Source: Diplonema japonicum
Lineage: Eukaryota; Protista; Euglenozoa: Diplonemea
NCBI GenBank assembly: GCA_964019335.1
Contig: OZ025668.1
Coordinates: forward strand, 310,001 to 374,000
Direction: 5' to 3'
DNA length: 64,000 bases
This document shows, in pieces, positions 35,450 through 47,389 of the stretch. Below the pieces are notes generated by a model, which had not been told where the DNA came from, made no database searches, and saw only the letters and a program-made list of their open reading frames with translations. Position 1 is the stretch's first letter; each line of letters opens with the position of its first letter. A program made the position numbers and the translations under genes.

Positions 35450-36199
35450 TCAGGCTTTAGTAACCAGTAAAAACCCGCGTTTGGTGCCTCCTGGAGAGAT
35501 GGTGTTTGTGGCTTCTGTGAGCATGTCCAGATCAACCCACACAGAAGGGTATCGGTTTTGGTTAACTTCGAGAACGAAGCATTTTCTATGAGTGGGGTTG
35601 TACGCGGCAATAGGAGCGAAGTGACCTGTGCCCCGTTGGTGAAGGGTGCCTCGGTTGTAGTTCGCAACAAAGACGGTACGTGAGTTCGTGTGAAGGGTAG
35701 GGAGGAGGTGTTCAAGGAACGTCTCAGGCGTGATGCCTGTATTGTGTTTACTGATATTCAAGGTGTACGACTGCATAAGAGCAGCAGCTGCCCCCAGAGG
35801 TATCCCATCGAATTTCAGATGCCTGTTCAAAGCTACCTTCACAGCATGGGGTGCGTAGTCCACAAACCCAAAGCCGAAGTGTGAGAACCATCCCTTTGGG
35901 AACCCTTTGCTCTCCAGCACTTCAAAGATGCTGTCCTGTGTTGTGTCCACGCCAAGCCCTTTTAGCACGACGCAGCTACTCGCCAACCCGCAGAATGCTG
36001 GGTGCTCTTGTTTTTCCGTCACCTTCAACAAACTCTCGTTCATGATGCAGCCTTTGAACAACTCCCTTCCTGCTTCACTGTTCTCATCGATCAGTGCTTC
36101 ATGCAGCGGCTGCAGATCAACAACGCTTCTTAATCGTTTGTGCTTCCTCGCATCTCTGGTGGACCTGTAAAACTGTACAATTTGGGGTCGCTTTCCCAT
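35450..36199 (-). CDS. Phytochelatin synthase-like protein (catalytic domain only)
   Basis: QEHPAFCGLAS, QRGTGHFAPIAAY, VLEVNQNRYPSVWV and RGFLL. Likely start is ATG 36199 after an A-run. Confidence 0.88.
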   Translation of the reverse strand: MGKRPQIVQFYRSTRDARKHKRLRSVVDLQPLHEALIDENSEAGRELFKGCIMNESLLKVTEKQEHPAFCGLASSCVVLKGLGVDTTQDSIFEVLESKGFPKGWFSHFGFGFVDYAPHAVKVALNRHLKFDGIPLGAAAALMQSYTLNISKHNTGITPETFLEHLLPTLHTNSRTVFVANYNRGTLHQRGTGHFAPIAAYNPTHRKCFVLEVNQNRYPSVWVDLDMLTEATNTISPGGTKRGFLLVTKA

Positions 36200-36316
36200 T
36201 TTTTTCTCTTCCACCTCACCCGACCGCTCTGGATAAAAAATTAAAAAAAATAGGGGAAACTCCAAAAAAAAGAAAAAGTAACTTGGTGTAAATGTATTAA
36301 AAATGCCCTCCGTTCT

Positions 36317-39300
36317 TTACCCAAACGAGCGCCTCACCACACTCCCTCTGTTCAAAGAAGGGAAGTGATCCTGCGATGTGCGCCGTCTCTCGGTAATTGA
36401 CCCCCTGGGGTTGCGATGGGGAACAATGAGGACTTGAGTGGACATGCGTGGCGCTGACTGACGGACTTCGTTGGGGGGAGTGGCGGGAGGTGGTTCATCA
36501 GGCAGAGGGGGTTTGCTCAATGCCGCGAGGATAGGGCTTGCAGGACCGCTATGCATAGCGTAAGCTACGTTACCAATCCAGTCAGCCCATTGTAACACCA
36601 TGCCTACGATGGAGGCTCTGCACCGGGTGACACCGATTCTGCACCGCGAAGCTTCTTCGGAGGTCAAAACCTCATTAGCATAGTACTGGACGGCGTCGTC
36701 GATGTTGGCCCCTTTGCTCATGATCTTCGCGTTGTGAGGATTCACACATAGAAGGCATTGATAAATATACTCCCTCTTTACTTCAGGGGTGACAGGCTTC
36801 CCTGCCACGGAGTCGCAGAACTGCTTCACCTTTGTGTGCAATCGAGATATCTGGTGGTGCAGCAATGTGAACCCTAGTCTTTCGTTGTGTTGGTTGTGCG
36901 ACATGATTTCAATTGGCTGGTCCCATAAATCGATTTTCTTGCGGCGGGACAGCGACACCAACCTTGTCATCATCATAGCGGCACGGGTGACACGTGCGGC
37001 TGGCGATGCTGGGTTGCAATTTGGACTGGTCGGTTCTTGTAGGCCTTGAAGGTACTTGTCCTCCTGCTCCATTTTTTGCGTTTCAAGCCTTTCCAGCATG
37101 TGTAGTAATCCCAGTTTAATGCTCTCCTCGTACAGCAACGCGTCTTCTCGGTCTTTGTCTGGTACGGAGCTTACATCCGACTCGACCGACCGACGTTTCT
37201 TTGACAATCGCTTTTCCAACTTGTGCAGCCCTTCCACAATGCTCATCCCAGTGTTCTCAGATGATTTCCTGCTTCCCGGCTGTTTCAAAGCCGACAGCAC
37301 GCTGACACCCACGGTCTTGTCCATGACGCTCCTCACCGATGGTGCACGCTTGATGCCGGTGACACACGAATCTTCTTCCATTTGCCTTCGCAGGTCTTCA
37401 ACTGCTTCTTTTACCTCCTCGCTTCTGAGCCCTTTGAAGGAAGGAAGCCTTGAAAAAGATTGATTGTTTGCTTCGACAACAAGCTTTTCCGGCATGAGCC
37501 CGCCTGCAATGATTTTGTTGATAGCGGCTGCATGGGATATCTTCTCCAGGTCGACGTACTTCGAGTTTGCGTTCGTCCATGCGAAATTGTCGTCGCCAGT
37601 GGCAAGGGGGTCCCCAGCGTCGCTCCCTATACTCTCCCGCCTGCTACCAGGAAGGGAAGGCCTGCCAAGTGGAGAGCCTTGAGAGCTTTCTTTTAGAATG
37701 GTGTTTGCTATCCCGTCCCTCGCCTTCACGTTCACCAACGTGTGGCTGCTCTCGATCAAAGTCGCCAGATCATCCACCCCTTCCAACGGAGCCAACGGCA
37801 GCGGCGGGCGTTGTTTGATAACACTGCCGCTCCTGTTGTTGGTAAAATTCCACTATAAAAAGATAACATACTTCCTGCTTCTGCTGTTCCGTACCAACGA
37901 TGGTCTTCCCGTTTTGTTCTTCTTGAGAGGAGGTGGCACAGGCTGCTTGGCTGACGTGAACACACGCATGCGCAGCTCCCTAGGCAGCACTTGGAATATC
38001 TGGATTTGTAAGGATGAGCTGCATTGCACACCTGTGTTGTCCCTGCGATGCCCTTCAGCTCGAAGGTTTTGAGGTCTTTTATCACAGCGCCAATGTTGTC
38101 CAGATGCCCGCGGGCCTTGTCGAGCACACCTTTGCTGAAAACAACTTGCCCGCCTGTGGCCACGGATGAAATACGGGCACTCTTGTTTACCATGGGCCCC
38201 CAGTAGTCCATCCTGCCTGAGACTGGGTCGGGGAGGCATGTCGGACACCCCATGTGTGCCCCCATACGCATTCGCAGTCCACGCCAAAGATGGTTCGAAT
38301 CCCCAACGCCTTCTCCTGTTGTGGCGCAATGCACCTCGGTAAGTGGGTCTAGTGATATCAACTCTTGGGACCATGGTGCCCTTACCAACTCCACTTGTGC
38401 AGCTAAACAGAACAACGCGGCGTCGCTTTCTGTGTGGAAAGCCACCATGAAGGCATCGCCTTCGGTCTTAACCTCGTAGCCATTATGCTTCTCGATGGTC
38501 TCTCGCATAATCTTGTTGTGCAGCTGTATCGACGTCAACATGGCAGCTGCGTCCTTCTCCCACAGGAGTGTCGATGACTGAATATCCGTGAAGACAAGTG
38601 TAACGTTTCCGACGGGCGCCCCCAAGTTAAGAAGACTAGTCTGCGCCACGTTCTGAGGGAGTTCTGCCGAGTAAAGCTCGATGGTTCGTTTCATGATCTC
38701 AGATGCGACGATCACCCTTGAGCGCTCTGCCGCGATGGTTGTGTGCCACCTGCTTACCCTTGGTTCTGACCGCCTGGGGTCAGGGAAGGGTCTTGGAGTG
38801 TGGTTGGGGTGTGTTATCCGCACAAGGTGCACAGGTTCCTTCAGCTTCTTCACAGGTACAAAAGGAAATTCGATGACGTGCGGCATCTTTTTCGCTGCGT
38901 ATTCCCTTGTGAGGGTGGGCTGTGCTGCGTGCCAGACGTCGGCAGTGAGCAAGATCTCGCCGGGGCTTGCCAAGGCACCAATGGAGAGGCCTTTGTACAC
39001 CATGTTTCCCCAGTAGTCGATCCTCCCAGTAACGGGGTGAGCAAGGCATGTCGGGTGCCCGCTGTGGCATGATATGCACGTACGAAGGCCTCTCCAGACA
39101 CGGGTCCCGGTTGCTTTGTTCACAATCTCGTTGCAGCCGTGGCAGTGAAGGAGTGCCGGTGGCCACGCAACGTCCAGCAAGCACTCTTGAAAGTTGAGCG
39201 AGAACTTTATTGCATCCAGCTCCAAGTGGAACGCAACCATCCAACATTCGTGTTCGACTCCAGCGACGTACCCTCCCAGCGGTGCCGCGCAGTTCTGAAT

Positions 39301-41529
39301 GGCATTCTTAAACAAGGCAGTCGCCCCACTCATTGCATCGCGGTTAGCTTCCCATAGGTCCTCGCTGTCTGAGATCTCTATAAAGACGATAGTGCTCTTC
39401 GTGAGGGGTGGTAGTTTAGTTGCAACCGTCGGTTTCTGCCCAAGATGCTGCAATGCATCTAGCCCCATCTCAAGCTTCGCTTCCGGTATCTTAACGAGAT
39501 GCGCCATGTTCTGTAGAATATTCATGGAGACCTCAAGCTTCCTGGGATCCGTGTACGGGGAGCTCTCCCACCTGCTTGGGTTCGCCTTCTCCGAAAGGTA
39601 CATCTTCCTCCTGGCCAGCTTTGAAGGGTAGATTTCGAGAACCTTTACAGCGTACTTCACACCCGCAAGGGTGACCTCGGGAAGGGGTGAGGCCGACATG
39701 GGGAGGCCGACTTTGCTGTCATCGAAAGCCTCTTCTGTTATAACGACTTGGCCGCCTTCTGCAGTACCGCAAAGCTTGGCGGCTATTGCGGAGGTGGTCC
39801 CCCAGTAGTCCATTTTGTTTGTGGTTGGGTCGGGGATGCAGACAGTGTAGCCGGAGTGGATAGAGGTGCGGACGCGGAGGCCTGTAAAGATTACAACCCC
39901 GGTGGTGTCTGTTTTGGGTTTGCAGTAGGGGAGCTGAAGAAGGCTTTCCTCCCACGGATGGCTGTGCAACGCAGTTTGCAGCTCCAGTGCGAAGAGCACC
40001 GCTTCAGATTCAGAATGGAACGCAGACATGATTGCGTCGACATCCGTACGAACCTCAACACCATTATGTCTGAGAAGGATATCACGAAGGTGCTTGTGGT
40101 AGGAGATGATAGCTTGTGACATAGCAGCACCAGAGGCATCGAAGAGGTCTCTGCAGAACGGAACGTCAGTGAACGCAAGGGCGACCTTTCCCATCGGCTC
40201 GCGAGCAGGTACTTGCGAAGGTTTCACAAAGGACGATGCTGCGTTGAGCCGAGGCGGTGCTTCGGTAAACCGACGCCTCGAAAGCGTGAGAGGAAGCATC
40301 TGCACCACACCGTTCAACCCCTCGAGGTTCTTCACCGACACCTTGGAAGGCGATACCTCGTTTGACGCTGTGGAGAGCACCATGTTGGTGATCAACGTTT
40401 CCCCCATTCGCGCGTTTGTCATCATCTGTGCTAGCGCGTCGGCGTCTGCTCCGTAAAACCACGCTCTTCCCACAGCCTCGTCGTATCTGAAGCCAACCCT
40501 TCCGTATGTAATACCGATCGAGCATGGTAGTCCCCTCCATAAAATGTCGCCAGTGTTCAATGTGCGAACCGCGAGGTCGGGGTGGGAAAGGACCTCCTTA
40601 GGCCATGGAAAGCGAAGAAGGTCGACGTGAAGCTGGTTTGCAAACCCAACCGCACAGCAAGTGTCGGTGAAGACAGCCATGAACTCGAATGTGTTCCCGG
40701 GAAGTGCTTCGTACCCATTATGCACATCAAGAAGCCGGCGGACAACAACAAGCAACTCACGAATGGTGGGAAGCATCTCATGTGGATTCGTTTCTAGCAG
40801 CATAAGAAACGTTGGGTATATAAAGTGAACCTTAAGAAGCGCCAAAGAAGGGGATTTGGGAACAGCTTCCTCTGGTAGATGCGCGGCTGTGATGGACCGC
40901 AGACGAGTAGCTTTCTTGAGATTCTCCACTCCTTCCGAAGCGGGTATCAAAACGTCTTCAATTGTCTCCTTTTTCGGTGCTGGAAGACCCGGTTCGATAT
41001 CAACCGAGCTGTCTCTTTTCAACTCCGTTTTAAAGGGGTCTGTTTGCGTCTCAATGGTTGCCACAACGGGCTTTGCCGGTGTAGCAAGGGGGCGGGACTG
41101 AAGGGAGTCGTTCTTGGCCGTCAGATCGATGATGGTGGTGGTCATGGCTTCGATTTTCTGTTGTAGAGTTTCAATGTTTTTTCGTAGATTATCCCGTTCT
41201 TCAATGAGGCCTTCGAACTGGAACGATGCAGCAAGAGGCTGCACGTCGGGCTGGCTGCTTCTTCTTCTGTTTGAAGACAACCCAACAGGTTCTTCTTGAA
41301 ACTTGTTCAAAATCGTATCAACATTTCCACAAATCGTCGATAGTTGTTTTGCCATGTGCACGGCGTTGTCGCTCTCCATGATCTCGATAGCATCTGAGAA
41401 GGAGTCTCTTTGCTGTTTTTTAACGCTGACCCTTCTTCCCTTTCCTTCTGTTAAGCTTACTACGCTGGTTCTTCGTGTAGTGGACTCCGTGAGCGCTTCT
41501 GCATCTGAAGACCTTCGAAGCCGCGACAT
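36317..41529 (-). CDS. Large soluble adenylate cyclase-like protein with four tandem class III cyclase domains; introns 38000-38031 and 37833-37871
   Basis: Four repeats ending in WRGL(R)...G...DYWG-like motifs. The last has FTDIQSST, EVKTEGDAFM and DYWGPMVNKSARI. Two GT-AG introns join ORF 37756-41529 to ORF 36317-37795 (GTTQ|IFQVLP; SRK|SGSVIK). Confidence 0.88.
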
Positions 41530-41670
41530 TCGCTTCCCTCCCTCCCTTTTTTTTTTTTCTTTTGTAAGGTTATAGAAGAGTGGGGGGAAGAAAAAAAAAT
41601 GCAGTTAGGAGGAAGAATATTATATCGAGACAAAAAAAAAGGAAAGAGAAACAATAAATAAAAAATAAAG

Positions 41671-42059
41671 ATATATATGAGTTAAAGGAGGCCGGTGTTG
41701 GCGGCGCCCTGCACAAGAACTGTCTACTTGATTACAGGGGGCGCACCGCGGCCGAGTTGTAGCTTCTTCTGCGTTCCGCGTCGTGTCCTTAATGCGTGCG
41801 GTGTACAGCTCAACCCCAGCCGGTGCGTCCCGGGTAACCAAGATTCTGCGCTCGTGCAGTTTGCTGCCTGTTCGTCACCCTGAGCATCTGCATTATGTTC
41901 TTCCACTCGGGCGCTACCGGTGATGACCGACGAGGAGGTCAACAGCGAACAACACATCTGATCTTTTTCTTATATTTCCATGTTATCCCCACCACCTACA
42001 AAAAGAAATGGTAATTAACTATTCCTCTTCCCATATGCGATGGTACAAAAAAAAATTCA
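41671..42059 (-). repeat. SINE-like interspersed repeat, copy C, carrying retroposon tail type A
   Basis: Body near-identical to copy A. The sense 3' end cctcctttaactcatatat matches cttcctttaactcatatat ending the retroposon at ~45900. Confidence 0.9.
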
Positions 42060-43306
42060 AAAACCAAACCGGGGATAAGCTCGTGAAGAAAAAAAAAACT
42101 TTTTAAAAAAAAAAGAAAAGAAAAAAAAACTGTCTTTTTTTTTTTTTTCCTTCCTTTTTTTCCCTCCCATGCCCCTTAAACACACACACCTCCTAACTAC
42201 TCATACCTTCACCCTTTTCTTTTTTTTTTCAGTTTTTTTTTTTTGGCCGGGGGAAAGGAGTGGAGGAGGGATGTGGGGGGGGGTTTTTAAAAATGGGAAA
42301 GGGGGGAGAGCATAAAAACTTTTCACTTTTTTTTTCGATAAAAATAAAGAAGGGGGGAGGGGGGGGGGGGGGGGGGGGTAAAGTACTGCGCAATGATCAA
42401 ACAGAGCAGATGCGAAAAAAAAAAAAAGAACAAGGGAAATAATTGGGTCTCTTTTTAAAAAGAATTTTCGTTATGAATAAACTAAGTTAAAACTTCCCTT
42501 AAAAGCCCAGGTTGCATTTTTTGCCATATAGTAATGACAGCTATGCACGAAAAGCTTATAAGATTATTGTTGGGCTGGTAAGGAGAGAGAAAAAAAGTTG
42601 GCATCCCAGCAAGAATCAATCAAATAACAAGTAGTGTTGACGGGAGATTAAAAAGAAGAAGAAAAAAAGAAAAAAAAAAAGAAAAAAAGGAAACTTTTTT
42701 TGATAAGTCGTAATCGGTTTGTTTTATTTTTATTTTTATTTTATATTTCGTTCAAAATCCAAACCTCAGTCATTTCTAGTCAACTACCCTCTTCAGTTCT
42801 CCCGAAGCTTACTTTTTGGCAGCCTGCCGGGGGGGGGGGGGGGGGGGGGGGCGCATGTTCGCCTGTGTTGTTTTGGCATTGGGGCTCAGTCGAAATTCAA
42901 AACATGGGCCAACCCGGTCTATCTTAACCCCGTAGCCAGTTTTTTTTTTTCAAAAAAAGAAGAAGAAAAAATTCTTCTTTTTTTGAACAAAGATCCAAAA
43001 AAAAAGGCAAGTTTTTTTGTTTTTTTGTTTTTTTTTTTTTTTTAATAATAACAATATAAAATTTATTTCTCTCTCCCAATAAGAATAAAGAAAGATCTTT
43101 CCGCCGCTTTTATAGAACAAAAGTATTAGAGGTTGGGGGGGGGGGGGGGGCAAAGACGTTTCACACGTTCCTTCCATTTTTTTTTTTTTGCTTTCTCTTC
43201 TTCCATCTATTTGCTTCTTTTTTTTTTCATGTTCGTGGTTATCGTTTTATTCGGAAGAAGAGAACAAAAAAAGGGGGGGTCTTCTTTCTTGGCCTCCACA
43301 CCTTGC

Positions 43307-44599
43307 TCACAGAATAGAGGTCATTTGTGTTGACAACTGACCCGACATTTGAGTAGAAGTGGGTTCAGAACAGGACTTCGCTGCAGTGCGGTAGTTCAAA
43401 GACAGTTCGCTAGGGGACATAGCCGACAGTTCAGGGGGCGCGTCCCTCCAGTCATTCGGGACGTCGTCGAAGGCAGCCTGTATGAGCCGCCTCGTGCGGC
43501 CCATCTCAACATCTACCTTCACTGTGTCCAAGGATTTTGTGTCAAAAGGATTCTCCAGTGAAGTCTGCACCAGAAGCAAGCTGCACATGAACACAGTGAT
43601 GACCCCGCTGAAGGCGCAGGCAAACACGATGTTGCTCTCCGTCATGGTGTCGCCCTTCGACAGGTGTAAAAAGTACGGCCCGTAAAACATGGGCAGTGTG
43701 TGCACCACCACCCTTGAGAACGACCTCATTGCCTGCGGTGTCCTGTACTCCTTCAGCGTCCGGATCACCTCCCACTCCCGCGTCAGGAAGAACAGGTACT
43801 GGTTGATACGCGATGCTTCGTTCGGAGGCAGACCCTTCGACTTCAGCTCCTCAGTCGCACCGTGCAGACGGCCGATGAGCTTTGTGACGTTCTCAGCGCC
43901 GACTTCTTCCGCCCACTCCACCCATTTGGCCTCTTCCTGCCCACATGAGGTGTACACATGCCTTGCACGGCCCTTCCTCGGGACGAGGAGGTAGCTGCGA
44001 ATGGCGTCGCAGAGGTTTAAGATAAGCGCCTGTGCCTCAAGCCCGTGAGTCGATCGTATGCAGTGCTGCTTGTCAGATGAGAAGGGTTTGGTGGTGGGAG
44101 CGGTTCTTCCATTGTACATTTTATCAGAGCCCACCCAGTCCCATCGGGCATGGGCTGACATGATGTTGAAGAGAAGCCCACGAAGCGTAGCGAGTGCCTT
44201 GAGAGCATCGTCCCTCCTGACGAAGGCTTGTGTGATACTCATGGTGAGGGGGAAGACTACGGCGAAGGAGACGAGTGTCCAGGACATGTCGCTTGATAGG
44301 CGTTGCCCGTAACGGTCGTAAATCAGGACGCTGAGCACGCTGGTTGTGAGGGCGAGAAGGGTCTCTGCGCTGCATACGTATTTCAAAACCACTGCAAAGG
44401 CCGACCACAAGTCCAGAGCGAGGTCGAAGAAGGAGTAGAAGAACTTAGAAACCCACCCTTCCTTCCAGTCGTCCACATCTTCCCCAACCTCCTCATTGCA
44501 GCAGCAACTCCTTGTTTCCTTGATCACAGTGTTCGTGAGTTTCCCACGTCCCTGAGGGTATCTCCCAGAGGTGAATCGGCAGCAGAATATTTTATCCAT
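43307..44599 (-). CDS. Bestrophin/UPF0187-like membrane protein, paralog 1
   Basis: VVFPLTMSITQAFVRR, EYRTPQ, LENPFD and several TM segments. Start MDKIFCCRF aligns with the paralog's MATIFCCRF. Confidence 0.75.
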   Translation of the reverse strand: MDKIFCCRFTSGRYPQGRGKLTNTVIKETRSCCCNEEVGEDVDDWKEGWVSKFFYSFFDLALDLWSAFAVVLKYVCSAETLLALTTSVLSVLIYDRYGQRLSSDMSWTLVSFAVVFPLTMSITQAFVRRDDALKALATLRGLLFNIMSAHARWDWVGSDKMYNGRTAPTTKPFSSDKQHCIRSTHGLEAQALILNLCDAIRSYLLVPRKGRARHVYTSCGQEEAKWVEWAEEVGAENVTKLIGRLHGATEELKSKGLPPNEASRINQYLFFLTREWEVIRTLKEYRTPQAMRSFSRVVVHTLPMFYGPYFLHLSKGDTMTESNIVFACAFSGVITVFMCSLLLVQTSLENPFDTKSLDTVKVDVEMGRTRRLIQAAFDDVPNDWRDAPPELSAMSPSELSLNYRTAAKSCSEPTSTQMSGQLSTQMTSIL

Positions 44600-44857
44600 C
44601 TTTTGCAACTCCTGATGTGGTTTTTTGTATTGATATGAAAACTGTTTAAACACTTGAAATAAGAAGAAAAGAAAGCAAAAGATGAGATGCGGGGTGCTCT
44701 TACTACTCATCAGCCTTTCTCCCTTTTCTGAAAAAGGAGAGGAAACTAAAACTTGATTAGAATATTTTTTTTTTCTTTTTGTATCTTTATTTTTTTCCTT
44801 TTTTTTTTCGTTCTTCCGCATTGGTTGGAGAAGTAAAAGAGGAAGTATAGGGAAACG

Positions 44858-44896
44858 GGGGGGTGTATGCAACTATGGGAGTTGCATACACCCCCC
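44858..44896. repeat. Perfect 17-bp inverted repeat with 5-nt spacer
   Basis: ggggggtgtatgcaact-atggg-agttgcatacacccccc. Confidence 0.85.
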
Positions 44897-45439
44897 TTGC
44901 ATCATACAAGGGGGAAGAAAAAGAAACAAAGAGCGTCTTTCTTTTTTGTTTTGTTTTCTTTTTTCTTCCTTGCATGAGTTTGGTAAACTATCTTTTGTAA
45001 CCGTAAGAAACAAAAAAAAAAAAAAAATCGTTAAAAAAAACGTTCATCAGGCGTGGTGTGCCTGGTCCCGGTTCTCCTCACAGCAGAGTTTCGATGACCT
45101 TCAACCAGACCGAAGGTCTTGTTGCCCCTTCAAAAAAAAAAAAAAAACTCTTTTTTTTCCTTCTCCCATCGCTATGGATGGGCCATGAGAGGGCAAGGTA
45201 TAGGCCCTCGTTAAGAAAGGTGTATAACTAGGGCTAAAAAAAACATGACATTTCCACTTTGAGGTGTGTATTTTCCTTTTTATTTTCCCCGTATTTTCCC
45301 ACCGTCCGTCCCGCCCTATTCTTTGCTGTGCAAATAAAGAAAGTTAGACATGGGTGACTTCTTTTTTTAATGCAACAAAGGTAGGGAATAAGGAGGAGGG
45401 GGGAGAGTTCTTTTTTAAAACAAAAGGAATTGACAGCAC

Positions 45440-45479
<40 letters not shown>

Positions 45480-45898
45480 GAATAGGGAGGAAGATAGAAA
45501 AGTACAAAAGTACCGTAAGGCTCGTCGCATTTTTTTTTTTTTTTTTAAATCACGAGACCAAATATCGAGTAAGTAAGAAAAAATAAAAAAGTAAACGGAT
45601 CGTTACACAGCCACATTCTTTGTTTAGAAAAAAAAAAAAAAAAAGAACATTGTGAACACAATAGCTACCTAAAGGGGGAAGGAAGTTATTCTGCGTGACT
45701 TATAATAACGCTCATCCAGAAGAAAAAAAGATGAAAAAAGAGAAACACCACCCTGCGTTAAAAAAAAAAGAAGAAACCTATTTTAAGGTGCTGTATTTGT
45801 GCTTCACGTGCTCAATCCCGTTATCAAGAATCTCCTGCAGGGCTACGATGCGGAGGAAAAAAAAAAAAAAAAAAAAAAAAACAAAAACAAAAAAAAAA

Positions 45899-47016
45899 TA
45901 TATGAGTTAAAGGAAGTCTTTGTGAGACGCCCCCTTGTTCTCATCTTCTACCTGCACCTATCCCCTTTCAGCAGCGGTTTCTCCTCCTTTGGTGGTCTTG
46001 CCGGCCTTCTCCCCAGCCTGGCCGCTCTTTCTCTTCGTTCTCTCGCCCATTGTCCTTTCAACGCCTCTAGGTCATGCTTGGTCTTCGGTGATGCAAATAT
46101 CGCCCTCCTGTTCCATCCGATCACCGCCTTTGTCCTCCCGATGGATCGTAGTGTGTGCACCCTTGTGCTCGGCTCAGCTGGGAAGGCCCTCCTTCCTTTC
46201 ACCTTCTTCAGTACCCTCCCTAGCTCCCATGTGTGCCAGATCTTCTTCATCAGTCCATGCAATCTCCTCGCTTTCTGCTGTACTTCTGCGAGATCCCCCA
46301 GCTTCCCTCCAAGGGTCTTCCCGGTCACGTTCTCGAAATCCAGTGCCAGCTCCACCGTCGACACTGACGTGTTCCTGCTGCCTGCATACCAGCGCAGTTG
46401 CCGCATCCACCTCAGCACCTCCTTCGTGTACTCCCGTAGGACATCCCCTGCCGGTAGCTTGCCGAAGTCCTTGTCCGACGGTACTGGGTGTTCTTGACCT
46501 TGTGTGATCTCCAGCCACTGGTGTGTGTGGTACACCTCCTGCCTCTTCGCTTGTAGGGCTGCGTCCCGCTCCCCCACCACCGCCAGCAGGTACCTCTGCG
46601 TTCCTTCGAGCCTTTCCCTGACATCCTTCCCTGCTCCCCTTGGCAGGATGCCATGCAGCTTCGTACACGGTTCCAGCCCCCTGCGCGTCATGCCTTCGTG
46701 TTCTTCCCGCTGTTGCACTTCCTTGGCCTTTTCGCACTCCCACAGTGCGTGCTCCAGCATGTTGGGCAGCTGTTGCTCCTGACCGCAGATGTCGCAGTGT
46801 GCCGTCGTGGGTTCGGCCTGCTTAGCTTCTTGCTTCCTCGCCTCCGCAATCAGCCACTTTTCGGTGTCCTGTCCTTCCTCTTCTTCTTCTTCTTGTTCAT
46901 CTTCAGCCTCGCCTTCATCCTCGTCTTCTTCTCCTTCCGCCATCGGGATGTGCTCCACCGTGTCCGTGCGCCATCCCCGTGGGTTGATGTAGAACACTGC
47001 CCCCGAGATGATCCTT
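45899..47016 (-). mobile_element. 5'-truncated non-LTR retrotransposon fragment with CCHC zinc finger (tail type A)
   Basis: Open ORF 45948-46997 has CDICG...LEHALWEC (zf-RVT-like) followed by the family motif RWMRQLRW...ELALDFENVTG. T-tracts on both flanks. No RT domain in the window. Confidence 0.8.
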
Positions 47017-47389
47017 AAAAAAAAAAAAGCATCAGCAGTCCGAGCAGTCTGAGCAGGCCTCGCAAAAACCTCTTAAAATAGAACAATAAAAAGAAAAAGA
47101 AAAGGATCTGGCACGCGTCTCACAGTGCATCCTTTGATAACTGGACAGTGTCCCCGGAAAACGCACACAAAAGCACACACCCAAAAAAAAGAAGAAGAAA
47201 AAAAAGAAAAAGACTACCGAGGAGTTGTTGAGGAAGAAAAATCCAAGGTCGCGTTTTTCGGAGAAAAAAAAAAAAGAAGAGATAATAATAGAGAAAATGC
47301 TAGGAATTGAGAGAATATGGAAATAATAATAAAACATAGGTTGAAAAAAAAAAAATATAGAAGACAGCTTCTGTTGCCCATCACAGGGA

